A stretch of 34,714 nucleotides of DNA from an uncultured Ignavibacteriota bacterium (GTDB taxonomy: Bacteria > Bacteroidota > Ignavibacteria > UBA10030 > UBA8401), in contig CAIVNT010000636.1 of assembly GCA_903907305.1 (NCBI GenBank), forward strand, positions 1-34,714, in the 5' to 3' direction. Of the stretch, positions 24,857-34,600 are shown in pieces. The notes beneath the pieces were generated by a model that saw only the letters and a program-made list of their open reading frames with translations, was not told where the DNA came from and searched no databases. The translations under genes were made by a program, and so were the position numbers. Within the stretch, counting starts at the first letter, position 1; the number at the start of each line of letters is the position of its first letter.

Positions 24857-27235
24857 TCAATGCATGCTCAGATTCGCTGTCAGACGGATATCCGCAGACG
24901 AACTTCCGATCATGACCGTAAAGAGACCCGGCTCAACGACGAATCTGTTGTTCCGGTCAAGCAGAGACAGATCGGATGAAGTGATGGTGAACCGGACATG
25001 TTCCTTCTTCCCCTTGGGGATGCTGATCCGTTTGAACCCGCGAAGATTCTTCACGTATGTGGTGACACTGCTTGTGACATCGTGCAGATACAGCTGCACC
25101 ACTTCGTCGCCATCCATCATCCCCGTATTCTCAACATCGAACGAAACTTCCACATCGCGGCCGATCGATTGATCTGACGGTGTAACGGACAAATTGGAAT
25201 ATTTGAATTCGGCATAACTCAAACCGAAACCGAATGGATAGAGCACATCACACACCGACGTGGGATCACCGATCTCCGATCCCGGTTTATAGGGGAAATT
25301 CAATGGTATCTGTCCGACGGTCTTCGGAAATGTGACCGGAAGTTTTCCTCCCGGATTATAATCTCCGAACAGAACATCGGCGACAGCCTCGCCTCCCCAT
25401 TTTCCGGGGAACCATGTTTCGATGATCCCGGGGACATTCTTGTCGATCCAATTAATGGTGACGGGACGGCCGTTCACGAGAATGACGACCGTCGGTGTTC
25501 CGGTTTCAACAATCGCCTTTACAAGATCGAGTTGATATCCGGGGAGGTCAAGACTTGTGCGAGACTTGGATTCTCCCACGATACGTTCATCATCACCGAG
25601 CACAACAACGGCCACATCCGATGTGCGGGCCATTGCTTTCGCTTTTTCGATCTCAGTTAGTTCCGCTGCATTCATCGGTGAAGGAAGGATCTCGCTCTCC
25701 GGCCAATTTGAATCGAGCAGTTCGCATCCTTTCGTGTATTTGATCTCGATGGATGTTCCGGCTTTCTTTTTCAAACCTTCCAGGATCGAAGTGACATCGA
25801 TCCTGTTTGGTCCATAACGGCTCACCGATGATTTTTTTGCATCTGCATTCGGACCGGTTACGAAGATGGAACGGATATTCTTCTTCAGCGGAAGGATGTT
25901 CCCTTTGTTCTTCAGAAGAACGATAGATTTTCTCGAGGCTTCCAATGACACGTTCTGATGTTCGCGCGATGCGACCACACTATCCGCCTGCAGAGGTTGC
26001 GGAACATACGGCTGATCGAACAGTCCGAGCCGGAATTTTACCCGAAGGACATCCGCGACACGTTCATCGAGCATTGTCAACGGGATCGTCCCTTCCTTCA
26101 CCAACTCTCTCAGCGGCAGAATGAAATCATCCGAAGGTGTGAACTCCGTCCGAACATTCAATCCCCCTTCGACTGACTGACGCACGGCATCTTTGGCATC
26201 ATTCGCCACATGATGTTTGGTGAAAATATATTCTACCGCTTTACTGTCCGACACGACATATCCTTTGAATCCCCATTCCTTCCGGAGTTTCTTGATGAGA
26301 AAATCGCTGTTTCCTGTGATCGGAACACCGTCATAATCATTATAAGAACTCATCACTCCCAGTACATTCGCTTCAACGACCGCTGCTTTGAACGGGGCGA
26401 GATACATCATTTCGACTTCACGCGGCGCTATATGCGGATCGGTCCGTGCTTCACCGTCACGGCCCCCCTTCGGCGCGCTGTAGACAGCAAAATGTTTAAC
26501 GGTGGCAGCAACGTTACCGGATTGAATTCCCTTGATCTGCGCGACACCGAGTTGTGAAACGAGGAACGGATCCTCGCCGTAACACTCCACAACCCTTCCC
26601 CACCGCGGATCGCGGGCAAGATCAAGGATGGGTGAATACACATTCGAGAAGCCGAGCACTTTCGCTTCGCTTCCCGTGATCGCACCGATACGTGAGACCA
26701 GATCGATATCCCATGTTGCTCCAACACCGAGCTGTGATGGAAATGACGTTGCGCCGTGCTGACAGAGTCCACGGTTCCCTTCATTGGAGAAGTCCACCGG
26801 AATCCCAAGTCGTGTCTCCTCAACGAAAAACCGCTGTACCTGATTGATCGCCGATGCGTGCTTGGACGGAGGCCATGAATATTCTGTTGTGGTATTCGTG
26901 CGGTCGAGACCGTTCAAATGCTCGTCGATGTTCGCGATCCCGTCCTTCCAGATCTCATTCTTCCAGAGCGGAGTAGGAAGTTCATCTTTCAGCACTCTTC
27001 CAAATCCGTAGAGTGTTGCCATCTGATTCGTCTTTTCATTCACCGTCATCAAGCTGAGAAGATTCTTCACCCGTTTATCAATATCGATTTTCGGATCCTC
27101 ATACGGGTCCTTCGCACCATTCTTGTTCAGATCGATCCAGTCGGAACGGTACATCGCATCTTTCGCCGTCCCGCTTTTTTGAGCGGAAGCAGTGACAAAC
27201 AGCAGAACTGCAAAACCAAAGAAATATATTTTCAT
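24857..27235 (-). CDS. bglX: Glycoside hydrolase family 3 beta-glucosidase (BglX-like), periplasmic/secreted
   Basis: 792 aa with a signal peptide. It has the GH3 nucleophile motif GFKGYVVSDSKAV, KHFAVYSAPKGG, and a C-terminal Fn3-like domain. No T9SS CTD is present. Confidence 0.88.
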   Translation of the reverse strand: MKIYFFGFAVLLFVTASAQKSGTAKDAMYRSDWIDLNKNGAKDPYEDPKIDIDKRVKNLLSLMTVNEKTNQMATLYGFGRVLKDELPTPLWKNEIWKDGIANIDEHLNGLDRTNTTTEYSWPPSKHASAINQVQRFFVEETRLGIPVDFSNEGNRGLCQHGATSFPSQLGVGATWDIDLVSRIGAITGSEAKVLGFSNVYSPILDLARDPRWGRVVECYGEDPFLVSQLGVAQIKGIQSGNVAATVKHFAVYSAPKGGRDGEARTDPHIAPREVEMMYLAPFKAAVVEANVLGVMSSYNDYDGVPITGNSDFLIKKLRKEWGFKGYVVSDSKAVEYIFTKHHVANDAKDAVRQSVEGGLNVRTEFTPSDDFILPLRELVKEGTIPLTMLDERVADVLRVKFRLGLFDQPYVPQPLQADSVVASREHQNVSLEASRKSIVLLKNKGNILPLKKNIRSIFVTGPNADAKKSSVSRYGPNRIDVTSILEGLKKKAGTSIEIKYTKGCELLDSNWPESEILPSPMNAAELTEIEKAKAMARTSDVAVVVLGDDERIVGESKSRTSLDLPGYQLDLVKAIVETGTPTVVILVNGRPVTINWIDKNVPGIIETWFPGKWGGEAVADVLFGDYNPGGKLPVTFPKTVGQIPLNFPYKPGSEIGDPTSVCDVLYPFGFGLSYAEFKYSNLSVTPSDQSIGRDVEVSFDVENTGMMDGDEVVQLYLHDVTSSVTTYVKNLRGFKRISIPKGKKEHVRFTITSSDLSLLDRNNRFVVEPGLFTVMIGSSSADIRLTANLSMH

Positions 27236-27244
27236 CGTCAGATA

Positions 27245-28666
27245 TTATTGAGTTTTTTTAGCATCGAAATAATCGATGATACCGTACACATTTGTGTTGA
27301 CCTCTTTCATCTCTTCCAGCAGCGGATAATACGGCGTGAAGTTATTATCCACGATCCCCTTGTTCGCATCGGCATTCGAGGGATCAGCTTTTTTATCCGT
27401 CGGATCGTTATCCTGATATTTGAACCAATGCCATCCTACAACGACCTTCGATTCGAGCAGAGCCAGCGTGAAATTTTGATAGAAATATCCGCGGTCTTTT
27501 TGGGTGGGAACGATCCAGCCTGCACCTGTTTGATTCTTCAGTCCTGAATCCTCTGCCTTCGTGTACCATTCCGTGATGAGGATGGGCTTACCGGACCATT
27601 CGGACCACTTCACCAAACGATCATTTTCCGGTGTCCAAACATCATAATAATTCACCGAAACAGCATCCATAAATTTGCCCGCACTTTCGAAGACCGGTCT
27701 TTTTTTGATGATATCTCCATGGAACCTGCAGCCGAGATACAGATGATTAGGGTCGTATTTCTTGATCGCTTTGGAAACAATAGAGAAATATCGTCCGGAC
27801 ATATACGCAAGGAATGCGCTTTTATCCTTATCGGTAATAGCGGAGACGGCTATCCGTTTTTCGCTCAGCCATTCTGTGGCCGCACGGTTACCGGGATCCT
27901 TCTCGCTGAGCCGCAAATATCTCTCCAGCGCATCATCCGGAAACGGCATTTCATTATCGGAGAAGTAACCGAGAAGATTCTTCTCGTCCTTATACTGTAG
28001 AGCTTCAGCAGCTTCCGTGTCGCAGTATTGTTCAAATTCCGGATCGAAGACGAAGATGAGATCGCTCGGATATCCGGTATGGCCCGGCTGCTGATATGTT
28101 CCGCCGCGTTTCTTCCCATACCCTGCCATGAAATTGAATCCGCGTGTATAGATCAGATGGGTCGGTGATTCCTTAATGAGGTCCGCATCGGACCAGTTGC
28201 CTGTTCCGTTGAATCCGATCTTCGACAACAACTGAGCTGTTGAATCGAGCCATATCTTTTTTGTTCCGAATTTCCGGCAGAGTGTGGAATTCTGATTCTC
28301 CGATGTTCCCGGTTTCACGGTGACGATGGCTTTATGGATGAACAAATATCCATCCGGATCGACAAGCCACCAGCGGTCGCGGATCTTTTTGGGATAGAAA
28401 AATCCTGTCGCTGTCACCTTGGTATCGATCCTGCCGCCATACTGTGAATAGGCTGGTTCTCTCCGCGGGGAGAATCCCGAAAGATTCTGCAAGAGCTGTG
28501 TCGGATATTCATTCCACTCTCCATAGGTACGCGTTCCATCCTCGTGATAGATCTTCTTCTTTGCCTTCACCGTGATCTCATCCTGCGCCTGTGTCATGAA
28601 CGATCCTGAGAACAAGACGGCGAATATTATGAGAGCGATCTTAACTGATATTGTGTTCAAAGTCAT
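27245..28666 (-). CDS. Putative (beta/alpha)8 clan-GH-A-like glycoside hydrolase, family unassigned
   Basis: Signal peptide from ATG 28666 (MTLNTISVKIALIIFAVLFSGSFMTQA). Candidate acid/base YFSDNEMPF and candidate nucleophile PILITEWYT are spaced about 130 aa apart, as in clan GH-A. WWLVDPDGYLF is a motif I associate with GH50/GH42-like proteins. The family was not determined. Confidence 0.45.
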   Translation of the reverse strand: MTLNTISVKIALIIFAVLFSGSFMTQAQDEITVKAKKKIYHEDGTRTYGEWNEYPTQLLQNLSGFSPRREPAYSQYGGRIDTKVTATGFFYPKKIRDRWWLVDPDGYLFIHKAIVTVKPGTSENQNSTLCRKFGTKKIWLDSTAQLLSKIGFNGTGNWSDADLIKESPTHLIYTRGFNFMAGYGKKRGGTYQQPGHTGYPSDLIFVFDPEFEQYCDTEAAEALQYKDEKNLLGYFSDNEMPFPDDALERYLRLSEKDPGNRAATEWLSEKRIAVSAITDKDKSAFLAYMSGRYFSIVSKAIKKYDPNHLYLGCRFHGDIIKKRPVFESAGKFMDAVSVNYYDVWTPENDRLVKWSEWSGKPILITEWYTKAEDSGLKNQTGAGWIVPTQKDRGYFYQNFTLALLESKVVVGWHWFKYQDNDPTDKKADPSNADANKGIVDNNFTPYYPLLEEMKEVNTNVYGIIDYFDAKKTQ

Positions 28667-28750
28667 ACATCCCTTCTGGTTCGATCTTTTCTGTTTCTGC
28701 GGCACTGATACATTCACCGCCGGTACTGCACACTTCGGAATCGATCTCCG

Positions 28751-31624
28751 CTATTTCATCAGGCACATTTTCCGGACCAGCGTCCTTCTGTTCCACTCAA
28801 GAACGGAGAAGTAGATTCCGCTCGCGAATTGACGCGCATCCCAGGATACGGTGAAAGAATTTCCCGCTTCGACCTTCCCGTGAAATAGTTCTGCAATCTT
28901 CTGTCCCAGAACATTTTGAATAGATATTGCCGCCGTTCCCGCAGACGGGATCGTGACTTCAACGGTTGTGACCGGATTGAACGGATTCGGATAGTTCCGC
29001 ATCGAAGCAAATGAACCGAAAGATTCCACGATTGATTCAACGACCGATGAATATGAATATCCTCCGTCACGATCCACTTGCTTCAATCGGTATTCATAGG
29101 ATCCCGGAGAAGTGTTCCTGTCAATAAACGAATATTGTTTCGGTGCACTGCTGTTTCCAGATCCTTCAACAAACCCGAGCACTGTCCACGGATCGTGCTG
29201 GCCATGCAAAGGACGGCGCTCGATCTCAAAACCAACATTTGCAACCTCCATCGCCGTCGCCCATCGAAGATGAATCTGCGAACGGATATTCTCTGCGGTG
29301 AACGAGGTCATCTCCACCGGAAGTATCGATGATGTCGTTTCAAGGATCACTGCGGAAGCGGCATGAACGGCAAAGACAAATGCTGTCGTGTCATTACTGT
29401 ATGTGCGTGAGACAGCAGGCGATGAAACAGTCCCCGCAAATTCTCCGGCCGTGCCGCCCGATTGTGAGACCGATTGTCCGTTCAGCAATATTCCGCTCAT
29501 TGCTGCGATTCCTCCGGATACAGGTGTAAGTTCAAACATATTCGCGCCTGAGACCGATGAAGGAATATTGAGCGTCACCGTGCAGGTGGTATCATCATTC
29601 AGCGATGTCCCTTTGTTGATGATCATGACCCGAATTATTCCCTGATCATCCTTTGTGGACCATACTTTCAGATGAGGACCTCCTGTTGTGACAAACGAAT
29701 TTGAACAGAACCGCGCATTGTTCCGGACCGCTTTGGCGAACATTACCATACCATAATATAGAGGCCGCACCAGGACGATACCGCTGCCGACCTGTGCGGA
29801 ACTGAACGTCCACGGAGAATAGACCGCGGTGGAACTTCCTTCGATGGCGAAATTGATACCGTCGCCTCCGGCCTTGGACAGTTCATACATAAAATCCAAC
29901 GCCCACAGCGCTGCTCCGAATGAATTGCTGGCGGAATCCTTCCCGCCGGCACAGATCGAATTGGTCTCTGCCATTCGGAATTGCACTCCGTTCGATTTGG
30001 CGATGGTAATGGACGGCTGCAGATCCTCCGACACTTCAAGCCGTGTATATTTTTCTGCATACCGGCTTGAGTTCGAATCTTTTGTAAAGAATTTTTCCAG
30101 GAAGACAGACGCGATCCCGTCCGCTGCACACCCGAGCGGATAGTCGTGATACGTTACTGTCTTCAATTTTCCGGCTCCCACATTCGTTGTGACCGACGTG
30201 ATGAAGTTCTGAACATTGCCGGCAAATTCCTGAGTGTACGTCGGTTTGGCCAGTGTGGGCCCCGCAATATCGCCGTAGGCTTTCACAGAGTTCGCGATCA
30301 GATTGAATTCCTGCTGAAAATGTGAATAGCCGTACCCTGATAAACGTCTGCTGTTGCTGACATATGCATCCGGTTCATTGCCGATCTCGAACTGCAGATC
30401 GAGGAAAGGCCGCTGTGAATTCTTCAATGTGGAATTGATCTTCGATGCGAAGTCGGCCGATCTTCCATCGTCGATCACCGCAAGATTGAGCCCGAACAGG
30501 ATCGATGGAGTGTAGGTCAATCCATCCAGCAATCCTTCAATGTCATTCAGATCGGTCTGATCGATGGTCGTTGTGATGGAGGGGGTGGTTGCAGGGATGT
30601 ATGGAAAACTGACAGCACTGTTGTTCCATTGTATCGGCATGGACGAATATGCGGAGCCTGAGCGGAGCCAGCCGGAGTTGTTCGCGCCGATGATACGTAT
30701 CCCCGGTTTTTGATACGGGACAAAATTATTGAACAGTTTCGCGGAGACCGTTCGGCTGTTATTTCCGTTGTAACTTGTGCTGAAGAATTGCGACGAGTAT
30801 GCAGGATTGAAGGAGAAGCCGACGAACGATTCCGGGATTGCATCCCCCGATACTGCAGGATCCACTCTGATCACAGCGGATCGGACCGGTGTCGAGGCCG
30901 GCAGCAGCGTATTCCAATCCTCGGCGATCCTGATACCGTCAATGGTGAAGGTGCCGCTGTTTGCCCGCCCCTGCACTGCGATCACATTGGATGCAACATC
31001 GGTTCCGGCATCTGTCAGCGGACCGATGGATGCACTCCCCGGTTCCCCGCTCTGGAGTGCCGGATCGATGAACAGACTCACTTTGTCATCCGTTGTGGAT
31101 CCTGAAACGAATTCGTATTTCACCGCGAGAAGATGGGTCGTATTGAAATTGTATGGAGTTCCCGTAGTGTAGGTAACAGTGCCGGTGGTAGTTTTAACAA
31201 GTCCGAATTGAAACCCTGCACCGTCCGCTTTAATATAGACCCTTCCGCGAAATGCATTACCGGAAAAGAACCCGATGAAGTAATCACCTGTTCCAGCAGA
31301 AGAGACAGACAGGAGGAATGAATAATAATAGGGTCCGCTCAATATCCCGGAAAAGGTACGCTGAAGTCGATCCGTTGTCGGTACACAGACGGCGCCGTTT
31401 CCCAATCCGGAATTCGGATATCCGGAATATGTCAGACTTCCATTCGAAAGAACGATATTATTGGTTGAAGCGCTCCCAAGCGTCCAGCTGTTTTGTCCGT
31501 CAAGATCGGTCCCTGCTGTAAGAGAAAAATCCTCCTGCAGCAGGATCGATTGACTGAACATAATGTGAGAACACATGAGGACCATCAATACACCAAACCA
31601 TCGACGTGTTGCACCAACTCGCAA
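28751..31624 (-). CDS. Multidomain GH79-like glycoside hydrolase (putative beta-glucuronidase) with T9SS C-terminal sorting domain
   Basis: 957 aa. It has a TTG start after GGAG and a signal peptide. The N-terminal module is shared with the esterase. The catalytic region carries IPESFVGFSF, IRIIGANNS, FEIGNEPD (Glu417, codon 30376..30374), TYHDYP, MAETNSICAGG (Glu553, codon 29968..29966) and FGAALWALDFMYELSKAGGDGINF. These match the GH79 pattern (heparanase GETSSAYGGG; bacterial GlcA79). It then has an Ig-like module and the CTD NYPNPFNPVTTVEV...GIYFSVL...RKMCLMK. Confidence 0.7.
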   Translation of the reverse strand: MRVGATRRWFGVLMVLMCSHIMFSQSILLQEDFSLTAGTDLDGQNSWTLGSASTNNIVLSNGSLTYSGYPNSGLGNGAVCVPTTDRLQRTFSGILSGPYYYSFLLSVSSAGTGDYFIGFFSGNAFRGRVYIKADGAGFQFGLVKTTTGTVTYTTGTPYNFNTTHLLAVKYEFVSGSTTDDKVSLFIDPALQSGEPGSASIGPLTDAGTDVASNVIAVQGRANSGTFTIDGIRIAEDWNTLLPASTPVRSAVIRVDPAVSGDAIPESFVGFSFNPAYSSQFFSTSYNGNNSRTVSAKLFNNFVPYQKPGIRIIGANNSGWLRSGSAYSSMPIQWNNSAVSFPYIPATTPSITTTIDQTDLNDIEGLLDGLTYTPSILFGLNLAVIDDGRSADFASKINSTLKNSQRPFLDLQFEIGNEPDAYVSNSRRLSGYGYSHFQQEFNLIANSVKAYGDIAGPTLAKPTYTQEFAGNVQNFITSVTTNVGAGKLKTVTYHDYPLGCAADGIASVFLEKFFTKDSNSSRYAEKYTRLEVSEDLQPSITIAKSNGVQFRMAETNSICAGGKDSASNSFGAALWALDFMYELSKAGGDGINFAIEGSSTAVYSPWTFSSAQVGSGIVLVRPLYYGMVMFAKAVRNNARFCSNSFVTTGGPHLKVWSTKDDQGIIRVMIINKGTSLNDDTTCTVTLNIPSSVSGANMFELTPVSGGIAAMSGILLNGQSVSQSGGTAGEFAGTVSSPAVSRTYSNDTTAFVFAVHAASAVILETTSSILPVEMTSFTAENIRSQIHLRWATAMEVANVGFEIERRPLHGQHDPWTVLGFVEGSGNSSAPKQYSFIDRNTSPGSYEYRLKQVDRDGGYSYSSVVESIVESFGSFASMRNYPNPFNPVTTVEVTIPSAGTAAISIQNVLGQKIAELFHGKVEAGNSFTVSWDARQFASGIYFSVLEWNRRTLVRKMCLMK

Positions 31625-31686
31625 AAGAACTCCAGGGTGACAATTTGAAATGATATCTGAACCATTGATACGTACAGTTGTTATGA

Positions 31687-34600
31687 TTACTTCGTTAAGA
31701 CCATTCGGTTGGTAACTCTCTTTCCACCGAAATCAAGCACGGAAAGATAAACTCCGCTCGACAATCGCGTGCCATCGAAGGTAACGCGATACGCACGTCC
31801 TGCCAAAACGCCGTCATTGAACAATTCCGCCGCTAACTGACCGAGCATATTATATACTTTCAGCGAAGCTCTGCCGTCGTTCGGAACAGTAAACTCTATT
31901 GTCGTTGACGGGTTGAAAGGATTCGGATAACAATCTGAAAGTGATAGTATTTTTGGAACAGATCGAATGACGTCCACCTCTACTGCTCCAGAATATTTGA
32001 ACTGACCATTCCTGTCGATCTGTTTCAACCGGTAGGAATATTTTCCCGGAAGCATTTCGGGATCGGCGAAGGAGTATTCTTTCGGGGTGTTGGAAGTTCC
32101 CTGTCCTTCAACAAAACCTATTTTCTTCCAATTTCCATCAATACTTTTTTGGACCTCGAATCCGTAATTATTCATCTCCGATGCCGTGTTCCACTGAATT
32201 GCAACAGATATCCGTTGAACTTCTGCGCGGAACATCGTTAATTCTACCGGCATTGCACTTTGCTCGCCGGCGGTGATATCAGAGAACGATGTCATTCCGG
32301 ATGCCGTAAAACTGTTTGCAGCTTCATTCACTGCCGAAAGCAGCGTCCAAGCCGATCCGTTATATTTCCCTCCCCAAAGCTGTGATTCAGTCCCATTGAT
32401 ATCTCCGTCAGCGTACGTAAACACTGCAGAGTAATTTGGATTGGTGATTCCGGATCCAGTCAACGTCCAGTAACGGGAAAGAAAATTCGTTGAACTGGAA
32501 TTATTCGAATGCTTCGCATTGGTGACCGATGCCGAAACATACGCCGATGTGAATGCATCTGCGGAATTCATTGTCAGCGCCACGGGTGAATATTCCGCCG
32601 TGCCGGTATTGTCACCGATCGGGAATGTGAACGAACCAGAGGAGGACATTTCCTTGCGGATTTCTCCGCCGGCTGAAGCAACAACCATTGATGCTGCCGA
32701 AGGTGTTCCGGCAAGCACAGCAGTCGGACCGAGTGTGAGAACGTTCGTTCCGATATTCACTATTCCGCTGTTCAGCGTCAGGGTACCGGTAACTGTTTTC
32801 GATGTCGCCACCGTTACTCCCAACGCATTGTTGATCGTCAGATTTGTGATGGAAGATCCCAGTTCCGCGCCTGTCGTTTGGGAGATCGTTGCGGCATAGT
32901 CCACACCGGTGTATCCTGTAATGTTACTAAGATTAGTATAGACATTGTTCCCTCCCAGTGTCAGCATGCCGGTGATGGCGATAGCATTTGAGACTGTGAT
33001 TCCTGCCGAATTTTCCAATGAAAAATTCGGCGGTATCGAGGTCAATTCAATATTCGATGTTGCTACTGTTTGAGCAGCAGTCCCTATATATGCAAGTGTT
33101 GCCGCCGAACCGTAGGTCAACGTCCCTCCGGAAGTGATGGAAAACGGCATACCGATACCGAGGTATCCGTTCACAACATGCCCTGCATTGGGAAGCACAC
33201 ATCCTGCTGCATTCGTATTCAGGAGTCTTAATTTTGCACCGGCATTTATTGTTACCGTTCCATTGACCACGATCTGACCTGCTGAATTTAGTGTGAACGT
33301 ACCCTGCTGAACAGTAAGATTATTCACCGTCCACGGGTTGCTTCCAGCAGGCGATGCCGCACCAGCGGAATTATTGAAGACAAAATCAGCATACGTTCTA
33401 TTCGATAATGACATTGCGCCCCCTTCATTACTGTAGATGCTGCCGGAATTGAATGTGATCTTGGATCCCGGTGCAGAGATGCCAAAAGGATTCGAACCGT
33501 CCTTATGAACGAATTTCGATCCGGAGTTGAACACGGCAACATTTGCAGGGCTCGTAGCAGATCCGAAGATATTCCCGGCAACGCTGGTTCCCTGGGTGAA
33601 GATCGATCCATTCTCGAATACTAAGGCGCCCGTTGTTGCAATCGAGACCTGATGTGCTGCGCCTTGAGTCGTAAAATTTCCATTGATCGAACCTGTCGCG
33701 GCACTATTCAATGTGAACGTGATCGCGTTGGACCCTCCCAGGATCAATGACGAACCGCTTGAGACAGATACATCAGTACCGGTTCCCCCAAGGATCGTGA
33801 ATGATACAGCACCCGATGACTGCAGCATGACAGATGAATTGTTAGAGACCGAAATCTGTCCCACGGAAGTATTCGGCACGCTGACAATCGTTTTGGTCGT
33901 TCCATCGTTGAAATGCAAGATATCATTTGTTGACGAAGTCCGAACCGGATTCCAATTTGATCCCACCGTAAAATCTGCACCATCGGCACCGGTCCAGGAA
34001 TACGTATTGAATATTGTCCCGCTGCACGATGCCGTGGATGCAGAACCCTCTGCAATTCCACCGCCGTATATTTTTACCGATTCATTATTTTTATCACCTG
34101 AAGTAATTCCATTCTTCATCCGAACATAAATGGTCGACGGCGTCAGGGAACTCCCTGATCCGGAATACGCTACCGTCACATTATCCGAATAGTTCGTCCC
34201 ACCATCGGATGAAACCTCAAATGAGGATGTTCCTGCAACCGTAAGGTTACCTGTTGCGGGAGTCAAATTGTTAGCGGTGAGAGAAAAAGAGGAAGCACTG
34301 GAAGGACCAGATCCTGATTCATAAATGAATCCGGAAAGAGATGCCGGATTTGCGACGATGGTCGGTGCTCCCGCTACTGACGCCGTACCGGTAATGCTGA
34401 CAGAAGTTGTTCCTCCGATCTTTGCTCCGCTTGTCAAGGTAGAAACACCTGCGCCGTTGTTACGCCACACAATATACCGGACAGATAATTTGTCGCCGGC
34501 ATTCAACGAGACAGGTGTCGTCCAAATAATATTACCTGTAACAATTGTAACACCGGAAGCGCTGTTCAGAATATATTGAGGTGTATTCCACACATCGTTG

